64,000 nucleotides of DNA from a virus, in the IMG/VR virus record IMGVR_UViG_3300020160_001428, positions 8,408-72,407 of that record, one strand, 5' to 3'. A model generated the notes under the pieces. It saw only the letters and a list, made by a program, of their open reading frames with translations, searched no databases and was not told where the DNA came from. Each line of letters opens with the position of its first letter. The first letter of the stretch is position 1. The translations under genes were made by a program, and so were the position numbers. Positions 56,071-64,000 of this stretch are shown here, piece by piece.

Positions 56071-57194
56071 TAGTTTCTACACTCCACACCTTCATTTTCT
56101 ACACCCACGTTTTGTAAGTAGTGTAGAATTAGATCTTGAAATACTGGAACATCTTTACATTCTTCTACAACACGCATGGCCTGTTCGTTAGTGATGTGAA
56201 AGATTTCGCAGATGCTGTCTAGGGGTTTGTTGCCGTTGGTAACTTGACTGTATGTACAGCCTGCATTACAAACTTGTTTTAATTGGCAAGGCTCGCACTT
56301 ATTAAAGTTTTGTGGATTGAAAATGTCTTGATAATAGTTGAAGTCATATTCACTGTCCATCTTCATAATCTTTTTACTAGCAAAGCGAGCACACGGATAG
56401 AACTCACCACTACTCATTAATACTCCGCCATGAGTACCAGCAAAGCAACCAAATGGTCTCTTACCTTTAACTAGACCGTATAAGATGTCTAGGATAGACA
56501 AACGTAGGAAGCCAACTGAACAAGGTATGCCTGCTTTTAGTTTGGCAATATAGCAGTCAGTTAATCTGATAAGTTCTCTACGAAAATCATGTAGGTCATC
56601 TTCTGTCCATACATCATCACGCACAATAGAAAAGTCAGGATGTTCAATGCCCCAACTTAACAAGAACTCGAAGTTCTCAGTCATGTCTTTGGTATTCCCA
56701 GGCCATATCATTACCTTACAGCCGTTGGTTAGATCTGTAATGATGTCCTTCTTGTGGTTATACATGTCAAGGATGCCATCAAACAACTCTCCAGTCTCTG
56801 GATTAGTGTTTTCTAACAATGGCAGTAAAGGACGAGTAGTATTAGAACTCATGCCGTCAAACGACCAGCTGACTCCTACTCCGTGTTCTTTTAGATACTT
56901 GGCTTTGTCTGCATCAATCATTGTTAGGTTAGTAATAATGTTAATGCCTTTGCATCTTGGATCGGCTGTTAGCTTAGGCACAGCATAGGTAATTAGATCC
57001 CAATTGAGCAATGGCTCACCACCAAAGAAGCTGACATGAAACTCGCTGTCATTACTGCGCTTCATTAGATTATACAGCTCTGGCATAGCATTATCAAACG
57101 TCTCAGGTTCCATCCATGTAGGACGGTTGGCCACGTAACAATATGGGCACCCAAGGTTACATTTTTCAGTTACTGATATCTCTAGTGTAAACAT
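56070..57194 (-). CDS. Radical SAM/SPASM protein (peptide/protein maturase type)
   Basis: CNLGCPYC, FFGGEPLL; CFAG...YPC...CEPCQLKQVCNAGC...IC. Confidence 0.93.
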   Translation of the reverse strand: MFTLEISVTEKCNLGCPYCYVANRPTWMEPETFDNAMPELYNLMKRSNDSEFHVSFFGGEPLLNWDLITYAVPKLTADPRCKGINIITNLTMIDADKAKYLKEHGVGVSWSFDGMSSNTTRPLLPLLENTNPETGELFDGILDMYNHKKDIITDLTNGCKVMIWPGNTKDMTENFEFLLSWGIEHPDFSIVRDDVWTEDDLHDFRRELIRLTDCYIAKLKAGIPCSVGFLRLSILDILYGLVKGKRPFGCFAGTHGGVLMSSGEFYPCARFASKKIMKMDSEYDFNYYQDIFNPQNFNKCEPCQLKQVCNAGCTYSQVTNGNKPLDSICEIFHITNEQAMRVVEECKDVPVFQDLILHYLQNVGVENEGVECRN

Positions 57195-57195
57195 A

Positions 57196-58302
57196 TTAGA
57201 CTGTACATTGCTCCGCTTTAATAACGATAGTTGGTTTCTTGTATGTCTTTAGAGCAGTACGTAGAGCATGGTGTACAATCTCGTTTGACTTAAAGACTTT
57301 ACATACTTGCCAATTGGCAGTATGGTCACTCCACTTTTCCAAGTAAGTATCTTTCTCTGACTTTTCGTATGTGGCCGCATTACACTTCATACAGAATTGT
57401 GCATCGCAACTCATGCAGTCAAGTGGTTGATTCTTTAGTGCGTCTTTGTACATTGCTGTCTTTTCTGCAATGAGTGCATCGATGTCTGGTGCCTTAAGAA
57501 TATTGCCCATAACGTGTGCATGACTTTCTTTGTACATACAACCGTGGCATGGACTAATGTCGCCGTTAAGGTCAACCGATACATAGTTAATACCAGATGC
57601 ACATAGGGCACGGCTTTGAGTGAACCAACCAAACTTTTCTGGAGGTAGTTTGTTTAGATAAATGTATTTGGCAATCTTAGCAAGTCCTTCATTAAGTACT
57701 GCTAGTCTAGGCATAAACTCTTCTTCAGTTAAATGACTATACATGTCCGGTGTTGGAAAATAGTTCTCATCAAACTGTAACACATCAAGGAACGCTTCGT
57801 AGATTAAGTGGAAGTGTTCAGCAGTTAATACTGATTTCATTTTAACAGCTAGGCCTGCTTGTTTTGCCGCAAGGTAGTTTGATTTAACTAAACTTGAACT
57901 TGGGTTACCTGTCTTATCTATACGTGTGATATCGTTTACTGGCTTGCCGTCATAGCTAACCTGTATCTTCAGCCTACCTGGCATTGCTTGATGAAAGCGC
58001 ACTAGCTCTTTCATATATTTCTTTAGATACACACCATTGGTATAAAAGAAAAAGTTGTAGTTAGGATTGTCAATGTACTTTTCCATCACGCCACGGCAGA
58101 ATTCCCAATTTACAAACGGCTCGCCGCCCCAAAAGTAAATATCTCTCTTTGGGTCTTTAAACTTGCCCATAAACTCTTCAATGTTCTCTAAGGTCACAGA
58201 AGTATTTTCTTCGTAGGCTGTTGAAAGCCCGCATTCAAATCCTTCTGAGCAATAGGTACATGCTAGATTGCAGGTACTGGTTACGTTTAAGTCAATTACC
58301 AT
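57196..58302 (-). CDS. Radical SAM/SPASM protein
   Basis: CNLACTYC, WGGEPF; CASG...PCHGC...CMSC..FCMKC...VC. Confidence 0.93.
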   Translation of the reverse strand: MVIDLNVTSTCNLACTYCSEGFECGLSTAYEENTSVTLENIEEFMGKFKDPKRDIYFWGGEPFVNWEFCRGVMEKYIDNPNYNFFFYTNGVYLKKYMKELVRFHQAMPGRLKIQVSYDGKPVNDITRIDKTGNPSSSLVKSNYLAAKQAGLAVKMKSVLTAEHFHLIYEAFLDVLQFDENYFPTPDMYSHLTEEEFMPRLAVLNEGLAKIAKYIYLNKLPPEKFGWFTQSRALCASGINYVSVDLNGDISPCHGCMYKESHAHVMGNILKAPDIDALIAEKTAMYKDALKNQPLDCMSCDAQFCMKCNAATYEKSEKDTYLEKWSDHTANWQVCKVFKSNEIVHHALRTALKTYKKPTIVIKAEQCTV

Positions 58303-59045
58303 TATCTTTCCTTAATGTTTCTATATTTGTTATTCAATTCTATCACTGTGTTTAATAGTGGTAGCTCGTATGTACTAGCTAACGCTTTGATATCTTTTGG
58401 CAAGCAAGGGCCGCCAAATCCTCTTTGGCCGTCGGGTCCTGGAACTTGGAAATGATGTGAGCCCATCCACGGATGTTCTGACAATATCTTTGCTACTGTA
58501 TCCCATTCAACACCTACTTCTTGAGCAACATCAAACATCTGATTCATAAATGTAACCTTTAAAGCATAAAAGCTGTTCATAGTGTATTTAACCATACTTG
58601 CCGTAGCAATATCAGTAATGAAAACCTTGTTTAAATCAACGGTAGAATACCGTTTGTAAACATTAACGAGCTCGTTAGCACGTTTACCGCCTATTAAAAC
58701 CATTGGTGGTTTGACAAAGTCTTCTAGGCTAGTGGCCCTAGAAAGAAACTCTGGATTGTAAACAACATCAAATACTTCAAGGTATTGAGGAAGTATTGTA
58801 CTTTTGACAACTGTTATGCCTGAATATTGTTCATTCTTAATATCTGCAAGAACACGTTTAAGTATAGCATAGTTTGTATCGTCTGTTGGAGTAGGCACAC
58901 AGACAAATATAGCGTCTGGGTTTGCGGCCACAACTTCTTTAACTGACACTGTATTATACTGTGGGTCTGAAATGATACAGGGTGTTTTAGAGAACCCATA
59001 TTCTACGGCCTTACCTACCATGCCATATCCGATTATTCCAATCAT
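58302..59045 (-). CDS. UDP-glucose/GDP-mannose dehydrogenase family (short phage form)
   Basis: GYGMVG, CVPTP, KST, NPEFL, GFGGPCLPKD; lacks the C-terminal domain. Confidence 0.88.
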   Translation of the reverse strand: MIGIIGYGMVGKAVEYGFSKTPCIISDPQYNTVSVKEVVAANPDAIFVCVPTPTDDTNYAILKRVLADIKNEQYSGITVVKSTILPQYLEVFDVVYNPEFLSRATSLEDFVKPPMVLIGGKRANELVNVYKRYSTVDLNKVFITDIATASMVKYTMNSFYALKVTFMNQMFDVAQEVGVEWDTVAKILSEHPWMGSHHFQVPGPDGQRGFGGPCLPKDIKALASTYELPLLNTVIELNNKYRNIKER

Positions 59046-59065
59046 GTTATTATCCTAATTGTGTA

Positions 59066-59094
59066 AGTCTACAGTAATTTTGTCAGTTTGTCAA
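59066..59094 (-). promoter_or_regulatory. Sigma70-type promoter TTGACA-N17-TAGACT heading the rSAM operon
   Basis: 17 nt spacer, 20 nt upstream of ATG 59045. Confidence 0.65.
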
Positions 59095-59112
59095 ATCTTT
59101 TGATTAGGCGAA

Positions 59113-59126
59113 TATTTATGTAAATA
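59113..59126. promoter_or_regulatory. Back-to-back divergent late promoters (TATTTA-tg-TAAATA)
   Basis: Between the rSAM operon and hemA. Confidence 0.6.
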
Positions 59127-59133
59127 AACTACT

Positions 59134-60324
59134 ATGATTAATAAACAACCATTCACTGAAATTTTATCAGGACTAAAAGACTCTGGCAAGTATCGAGTGT
59201 TCAACGACATACTTAGAGAGAACGGCAAGTTTCCACAGGCCATCTGGTACGGGCCTTATAATATTAAAACAATCACCAATTGGTGTAGCAACGACTATCT
59301 AGGCATGGGACAACATAAGGTTGTGCTCGATGCCATGCATACTGCCCTAGATATGACCGGCGCAGGGTCAGGCGGCACTCGAAACATTGCCGGAACTAGT
59401 CATTATCATGTGGCTCTTGAAATGGAACTAGCGAAATTACATAACAAAGCATCTGCACTATTATTTTCAAGTGCGTATGTTGCTAACGAATGGACGTTGA
59501 TTGCGCTGTCTAAGATTATTCCAAACATTGAATACATCAGTGACAGTAACAATCACAATAGTATTATTGTAGGTATTAGCCATAGTCGTGCCAAGAAAAG
59601 CGTATTCCGTCACAACGATATGGAAATGCTAGAAGAACTGTTACAGGCTAGTAGAGCCGCTGGTAACATTCCTTGTATTGTTTTTGAATCAGTTTATAGC
59701 ATGGATGGCGACGTAGGCCTAATCAAAGAGATATGTGACCTAGCAGACAAGTACGAAGCAATGACCTACATTGACGAAGTACATGCTGTTGGACTATATG
59801 GAGATCACGGTGGTGGTAAACTAGAGCAGTTGGGCCTACAGCATCGAGTTGACATAGTTAACGGTACACTGGGAAAAGCCTTTGGAGTGCAAGGCGGGTA
59901 CATTGCCGCTGATGTGGATGTTGTGGATGCTATTCGTAGTATTGCCGCAGGCTTTATCTTTACTACATCGATGTCGCCAGTTACTTGTGCAGGCGCATTG
60001 GCCGCTGTTAAGTATCTTAAAGACCATAATGAGCTACGTGAAGAACATCAAGACCGTGCTCGTAAACTAAAGTATCGATTGGACAAGGCTGGGTTGCCTG
60101 TAATGCAATGTAGCACTACTCATATTGTTCCTGTACTAGTAGGAGATGCTGTACGCTGTAAAGCAATGAGTGATACGCTATTAACTGAGTTTAACATCTA
60201 TGTACAGCCAATCAACTATCCCACAGTAGATGTGGGAACGGAGCGGTTGCGCTTTGCACCTACTCCGTTACATGATGATGGAATGATTGAAGATCTAATC
60301 GAAGCTCTTAAAACTCTGTTTTAA
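59134..60324 (+). CDS. hemA: 5-aminolevulinate synthase (Shemin/C4 pathway)
   Basis: [52 protein letters not shown]. Confidence 0.94.
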   Translation: MINKQPFTEILSGLKDSGKYRVFNDILRENGKFPQAIWYGPYNIKTITNWCSNDYLGMGQHKVVLDAMHTALDMTGAGSGGTRNIAGTSHYHVALEMELAKLHNKASALLFSSAYVANEWTLIALSKIIPNIEYISDSNNHNSIIVGISHSRAKKSVFRHNDMEMLEELLQASRAAGNIPCIVFESVYSMDGDVGLIKEICDLADKYEAMTYIDEVHAVGLYGDHGGGKLEQLGLQHRVDIVNGTLGKAFGVQGGYIAADVDVVDAIRSIAAGFIFTTSMSPVTCAGALAAVKYLKDHNELREEHQDRARKLKYRLDKAGLPVMQCSTTHIVPVLVGDAVRCKAMSDTLLTEFNIYVQPINYPTVDVGTERLRFAPTPLHDDGMIEDLIEALKTLF

Positions 60325-60740
60325 AAACTGTTATTGAACCAGCCGACCTTCTTACCGTCGGCTATTCTTTTCTCATATACTTCTACGCTACCGGGCCAGC
60401 GCCAAGCCCATACTGCTACAATAGCCATAAAGACTGCTGTGCTTAAAATACCAATAGGTTTAACACCTGTTAAGTACATGATCAACAAACTGCTAGACAT
60501 CATAGCTAACATAAAGTATTTCATCTTGGTAGGGAACACACGTTTGGTATTCCAGTTAGTTAGGAACGGTCCAAATAGTTTGTGATTGTACAGCCAGGCA
60601 TGCATCTTAGGACTACCCTTGGCAAAGCAATAGGCTGCGAAGACTACAAATATACTGTAGGGTATACCGGGTGTGATTAACCCGATATACGCCATCCCAA
60701 GGCTTAGAAAGCCTAAACATTTCCAAAAGAGTTTTTTCAT
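60321..60740 (-). CDS. DUF454/YbaN family membrane protein
   Basis: [13 protein letters not shown]...[22 protein letters not shown]. Confidence 0.85.
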   Translation of the reverse strand: MKKLFWKCLGFLSLGMAYIGLITPGIPYSIFVVFAAYCFAKGSPKMHAWLYNHKLFGPFLTNWNTKRVFPTKMKYFMLAMMSSSLLIMYLTGVKPIGILSTAVFMAIVAVWAWRWPGSVEVYEKRIADGKKVGWFNNSF

Positions 60741-60743
60741 ACA

Positions 60744-61256
60744 CTATTTAATGTATGGCGCCCATGCTTCGTGTCGAATTTGGAAAGGCATGTGCTTACG
60801 CTTGTTGACTAGTTCCCAGTATTCTGGCTTGTGCGGCTTTGACTTAGGCTTGATCTTTTTGTTTGCACCCTTGCCTGCATTACAAGGTCCGCAGGCTGTG
60901 GTAGTGTTTTCAAAAGTGCTCTTACCGCCGTGGCTAACTGGTAGCACATGGTCAAGTGTGCAATGCTTCTTTTCTAAGTTGTCGCCGCAGTATTGGCAAA
61001 CATAACCGTCACGAAGGAACACGTTGCTCTTAGAGAAACGAATTGAAGTCTTTGGCTTCATGTAGTCAGTCAGCATCATAATACTAGGTACTGGTGTTTC
61101 CCAATTGGCTGAGTGAACAATCCAATTGTCGTGCCATTCCAGTACTCGAGCCTTGTCGAGCACCATGTATTTGATTGCATCTTGCCAGGTCAAGGTACTC
61201 AAAGGTAACCATGAAACGGGCTGTGCATCGGAATTTAATAGTAAAGTATCTGCCAT
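60744..61256 (-). CDS. HNH endonuclease (McrA-like)
   Basis: NVFLRDGYVCQYC, TLDHVLP..GG...N..ACGPCNAGK. Confidence 0.9.
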   Translation of the reverse strand: MADTLLLNSDAQPVSWLPLSTLTWQDAIKYMVLDKARVLEWHDNWIVHSANWETPVPSIMMLTDYMKPKTSIRFSKSNVFLRDGYVCQYCGDNLEKKHCTLDHVLPVSHGGKSTFENTTTACGPCNAGKGANKKIKPKSKPHKPEYWELVNKRKHMPFQIRHEAWAPYIK

Positions 61257-61291
61257 GTTAAAACTCAAGTTAAGTTATACTATATTTACGT

Positions 61292-61320
61292 AGTATACAC
61301 TCAAACCCTGTAACAGTCAA
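61292..61320 (-). promoter_or_regulatory. Sigma70-type promoter TTGACT-N17-TATACT
   Basis: Upstream of the HNH gene; TAAATA at 61283-61288. Confidence 0.7.
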
Positions 61321-61327
61321 GTGATTT

Positions 61328-61879
61328 TTAGGATATTGTGAAGTAGTTTTGGACCATACTAGCCGCGGCTGAGTCTATTGAACGCTTCCAAATTGTTTCT
61401 GGATCCTTGCCAAATACAATGGATTCGTCTGCGGTGTCTGCGGTTAGCCAAGAATGTTTTTTATTCCAGGGTGCTGTTCCGGAGATCTCTCCTTCGAGCT
61501 GTGCAGGTGTCCAAACACTCATGCCTAAGTATAAGCGCCAACGTCTAGGTCGATCGCCAGCACATATTCTATTGAGCATAGTGCGATCTGAACTGACTCG
61601 ATACCCATTGCCAATTTGCATAGTGTTGCCACATGCCCAATCATCAGTGTGTAGCATAACGAGTGCGGCCGGATTAACTGGCCCACCTGTAAACAAGACA
61701 TCTGGACCAAGAAACTCTAGGTCGTGATGACTAGCAAGCTCACTGAGAGCGCGATCTGAAGGTTTGTTTAGCACAAGTCCTACGATTGAATTTGGGTTCT
61801 GTTCGTACAAAAAGATTACTGTCTTTCCCCAAAATTCATCTTCTTGTGCAGGAGGTGCAACGAGAAGTGTACCGATCAT
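61328..61879 (-). CDS. YqgE/AlgH (DUF179) family protein
   Basis: LLVAPP, GLVLNKP, GGPV, LGMSVW..QLEGEI..W. Confidence 0.88.
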   Translation of the reverse strand: MIGTLLVAPPAQEDEFWGKTVIFLYEQNPNSIVGLVLNKPSDRALSELASHHDLEFLGPDVLFTGGPVNPAALVMLHTDDWACGNTMQIGNGYRVSSDRTMLNRICAGDRPRRWRLYLGMSVWTPAQLEGEISGTAPWNKKHSWLTADTADESIVFGKDPETIWKRSIDSAAASMVQNYFTIS

Positions 61880-61880
61880 G

Positions 61881-62129
61881 TTAACTCCAATCAGGCAAAG
61901 GACCGCCGTAGCGTTTGCCCTTGATTTTCTTGCCGCCGACTTTAGTTCGACTAGTAGGGCCTTTGCCTAGCTTATGGCTTTTATTACCATCGCGGGCACG
62001 TAGTCCTTGACTCTTGCAAGATGACAGGTTTGATGCACCTAGTTCGCTGTCGCTTTTGGTGCTGACGCATAGCTTTCGAGATGCTTTTTCGTCTAGTTCG
62101 AAGTTTTCTATTAGGTCTTTTATTTTCAT
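61881..62129 (-). CDS. Small basic hypothetical protein
   Basis: MKIKDLIENFELDE...YGGPLPDWS; TAAATA 8 nt upstream. Confidence 0.65.
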   Translation of the reverse strand: MKIKDLIENFELDEKASRKLCVSTKSDSELGASNLSSCKSQGLRARDGNKSHKLGKGPTSRTKVGGKKIKGKRYGGPLPDWS

Positions 62130-62130
62130 A

Positions 62131-62346
62131 CTATCTATATTTATCCGCGGGGTTAATGTTGTCTTCGGCATATTCGGGTCCTAACTTGAATGTCAGAGCC
62201 TTTCTAGGGCCTTTGGTTGTGTTAATCACATATTCTCCACTCTTCTCGTGAAACTCAATTTTGGTAATTTTAGCCAGATCGTCATGCGGTCCGACTACAA
62301 TCTCCTGCCCTAATTCCAAATTAATGGATACGCTACGTAGGGTCAT
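62131..62346 (-). CDS. Hypothetical protein
   Basis: AAGGAGA RBS before MTLRSV. Confidence 0.65.
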   Translation of the reverse strand: MTLRSVSINLELGQEIVVGPHDDLAKITKIEFHEKSGEYVINTTKGPRKALTFKLGPEYAEDNINPADKYR

Positions 62347-62402
62347 GATCTTCTCCTTGGATAAGTTGACTACAACTGTATTTATTTTTGGATTGGATAC
62401 GG

Positions 62403-62431
62403 TTGACAAAACGCCGCTTAGACTGTATAAT
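62403..62431 (+). promoter_or_regulatory. Sigma70-type early promoter TTGACA-N17-TATAAT
   Basis: Perfect consensus. Confidence 0.85.
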
Positions 62432-62464
62432 ACTAACATCGACAACAACTTAAAGCTACCTACA

Positions 62465-62653
62465 ATGCGTCCAATATTAATTATAGCGGTACTTTTGTTA
62501 TCTGGCTGTGCCAACACAGAATGGCTAGGTAAGACCACACGCAGTGGCTATATGGATTACGATCCCTGTTTCAAATGCGGAGAGAAATGGGAACAGATTC
62601 CCGCCCAAAGATTTGATGCTCAAATTCGTTATGCTAGAGGAGAACGCTGGTGA
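62465..62653 (+). CDS. Small lipoprotein
   Basis: MRPILIIAVLLLSGC lipobox; CFKC. Confidence 0.65.
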   Translation: MRPILIIAVLLLSGCANTEWLGKTTRSGYMDYDPCFKCGEKWEQIPAQRFDAQIRYARGERW

Positions 62654-62982
62654 TAGCTGTTAAGGAAACGACCGATTGGGGTAATGCCAAAGCACCCAAT
62701 CACACATATCTTTTGGACGGGAACAATTTGATTGCCTACATCAAACAAGGTGAGTCTGCTCCGTTTTATTTTAAGAATCCAATCAAAGGTTTTGACAAGC
62801 GTGGTCGTAAGTTTGACACGCTGGCATCGAATCCGTTTAAGACGTTTGAAATTAAAAGCTCAATCGTTCGAGTTGAGGGCAGTAAGGGTGCAGTCTATGA
62901 AGTAGACACTGATACAAACACCTGTACCTGTCCAGGTTATACATTTAGAGGCAGTTGTAAACACACAAAGGAGTTAGCATGA
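62650..62982 (+). CDS. SWIM zinc-finger protein
   Basis: GSKGAVYEV...CTCPGYTFRGSCKH. Confidence 0.8.
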   Translation: MIAVKETTDWGNAKAPNHTYLLDGNNLIAYIKQGESAPFYFKNPIKGFDKRGRKFDTLASNPFKTFEIKSSIVRVEGSKGAVYEVDTDTNTCTCPGYTFRGSCKHTKELA

Positions 62983-63176
62983 ATAAATGGGTATATAGAA
63001 TATTGATGTCTGCGTTGGGCTTGATGATTGCCACACAGATATATGTTGCAGTAACTACTGAGCCGATACCAAAACACTGTTTGGCAGGCATTGTAATGGT
63101 GCTAGACAAGAGTAAAGACATGTATGTTCAACAAGGACTATGGGCCACTCATTGTATGCCTATAGATAGGGATTAA
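62979..63176 (+). CDS. Small membrane-anchored protein
   Basis: GGAG RBS, N-terminal TM. Confidence 0.6.
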   Translation: MNKWVYRILMSALGLMIATQIYVAVTTEPIPKHCLAGIVMVLDKSKDMYVQQGLWATHCMPIDRD

Positions 63177-63177
63177 T

Positions 63178-63408
63178 ATGGATATGGATCAAGCGGCAGT
63201 ATTTTTGGCTGGAAGCATTTTGACAGCATTGGGATTTCTTGTAGTGATTGCGGCAATAATTGTTGTTAATAATTTACTACACAAATATTGGAAACCTGTA
63301 CGTATTTTTAGTTCGGATAGTTGGAATCTAAATCCGCACGTTCGATATGCAACTGCTGAGGAAATTGCTGAAGTAAATGGCGCCAAAGCTGTTGACAAGA
63401 AAGTCTAA
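63178..63408 (+). CDS. Small membrane protein
   Basis: N-terminal TM helix. Confidence 0.65.
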   Translation: MDMDQAAVFLAGSILTALGFLVVIAAIIVVNNLLHKYWKPVRIFSSDSWNLNPHVRYATAEEIAEVNGAKAVDKKV

Positions 63409-63420
63409 CAGCGTTATAAT
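63392..63420 (+). promoter_or_regulatory. Sigma70-type early promoter TTGACA-N17-TATAAT
   Basis: Perfect consensus. Confidence 0.85.
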
Positions 63421-63449
63421 AACACTATTATCAACATAGAAAGCCTACT

Positions 63450-63806
63450 ATGAGCGGATGGAATACAATACAACGGCTTCGAAACATCGAAGCTCAAATA
63501 GATAAACTTGGTTTCAAGTTTGCCAAGAGCAAGCATAGTGAGTGGACAGACGCACACGGTGCTCTAGGTCTTGTGCCAAAGGATGTTGACAGCTTGCCGA
63601 TTTATAGTCGTGATGCTGAACTGTTTGTTGGCAGTTTGGAGAGACTTGAAGATTGGCTGGCCGGAGTACGTTGGGCTCGTGAATACGATTTGATGTTACA
63701 TCTTAGCGATGAAGCAAAGCGTGATAAGGCTGAACAAAAGCAACGCAATAGAAACCTCATGCGATCCATTAAAGAAGGTAAAATGATAACTGGAGATGCA
63801 GAATGA
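63450..63806 (+). CDS. Hypothetical protein
   Basis: 118 aa after a strong promoter. Confidence 0.7.
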   Translation: MSGWNTIQRLRNIEAQIDKLGFKFAKSKHSEWTDAHGALGLVPKDVDSLPIYSRDAELFVGSLERLEDWLAGVRWAREYDLMLHLSDEAKRDKAEQKQRNRNLMRSIKEGKMITGDAE

Positions 63807-64000
63807 AACTGATCGCTTGCCCGCATTGTGGCGACACTTATCCAGACTTTGATGTGGCTCATATGTGTAGCCGGGGTCCGTATGCTCCCCAACTCAAACC
63901 TAGAATGAAAGTCTACGGCTATGCTGTTCAAACATTTGACAAAGACAGTGAAGTGCCCGATGTGAGTGTCCGTGTGTTTGCATCCAGGAACAATCTAGAA
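63803..64000 (+). CDS. Hypothetical protein with CxxC (runs off the window end)
   Basis: ATGA overlap; MKLIACPHCGDTYPDFDVAHMC... Confidence 0.55.
   Translation, partial: MKLIACPHCGDTYPDFDVAHMCSRGPYAPQLKPRMKVYGYAVQTFDKDSEVPDVSVRVFASRNNLE

Noticed and set aside
60744-61256. HNH gene as a mobile intron-encoded homing endonuclease
   Set aside because: Free-standing with its own promoters; flanking genes are not interrupted
1-64000. Stop-codon reassignment (TAG or TGA recoding) as in some jumbo phages
   Set aside because: Conserved genes (dnaK, nrdA, nrdB, hemA, rSAMs) are full length under code 11, and TAG and TGA end genes at sensible positions

Overview
This window reads as part of a large T4-like (jumbo-type) myovirus genome, most likely infecting a Proteobacterium; the IscU/IscA/DnaK sequences look beta/gamma-proteobacterial, which is an inference. 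Most genes are on the minus strand and intact under the standard code. No tRNA, rRNA, CRISPR array or IS element was seen. From left to right it contains: (1) host-takeover and stress genes (Hsp20, DnaK, MazG-like, ribosomal protein S21, lipoproteins, SleB-type hydrolase, IscA/IscU/ErpA, Fe/Mn-SOD); (2) nucleotide metabolism genes (5'-nucleotidase, glutaredoxin, NrdA/NrdB with an intervening class II aldolase, PD-(D/E)XK nuclease); (3) virion and tail-fibre genes preceded by TAAATA late promoters; (4) a ~24.5 kb biosynthetic island at 34.5-59 kb; (5) hemA, DUF454, HNH, YqgE and small early genes. The best candidate for a new system is the island. Three paralogous proteins end in an invariant 12-Cys core (CTCNCNY)x4 directly followed by an S74 autocleavage site; one has a fused S74 chaperone and two appear to share a split, trans-acting one. 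They lie downstream of three radical SAM enzymes (two with SPASM-type tails) and upstream of five more radical SAM enzymes, a U32-like protein, a flavin halogenase-like protein, a split transketolase and glycosyl/sulfo-tailoring enzymes. This suggests a phage-encoded, RiPP-like system that modifies virion fibre-like substrates. Also notable: two candidate programmed -1 frameshifts at A_AAA_AAG, ROSE-like RNA thermometers before both heat-shock genes, and many apparently leaderless transcripts. All product calls come from motif recognition by eye, not from database searches.
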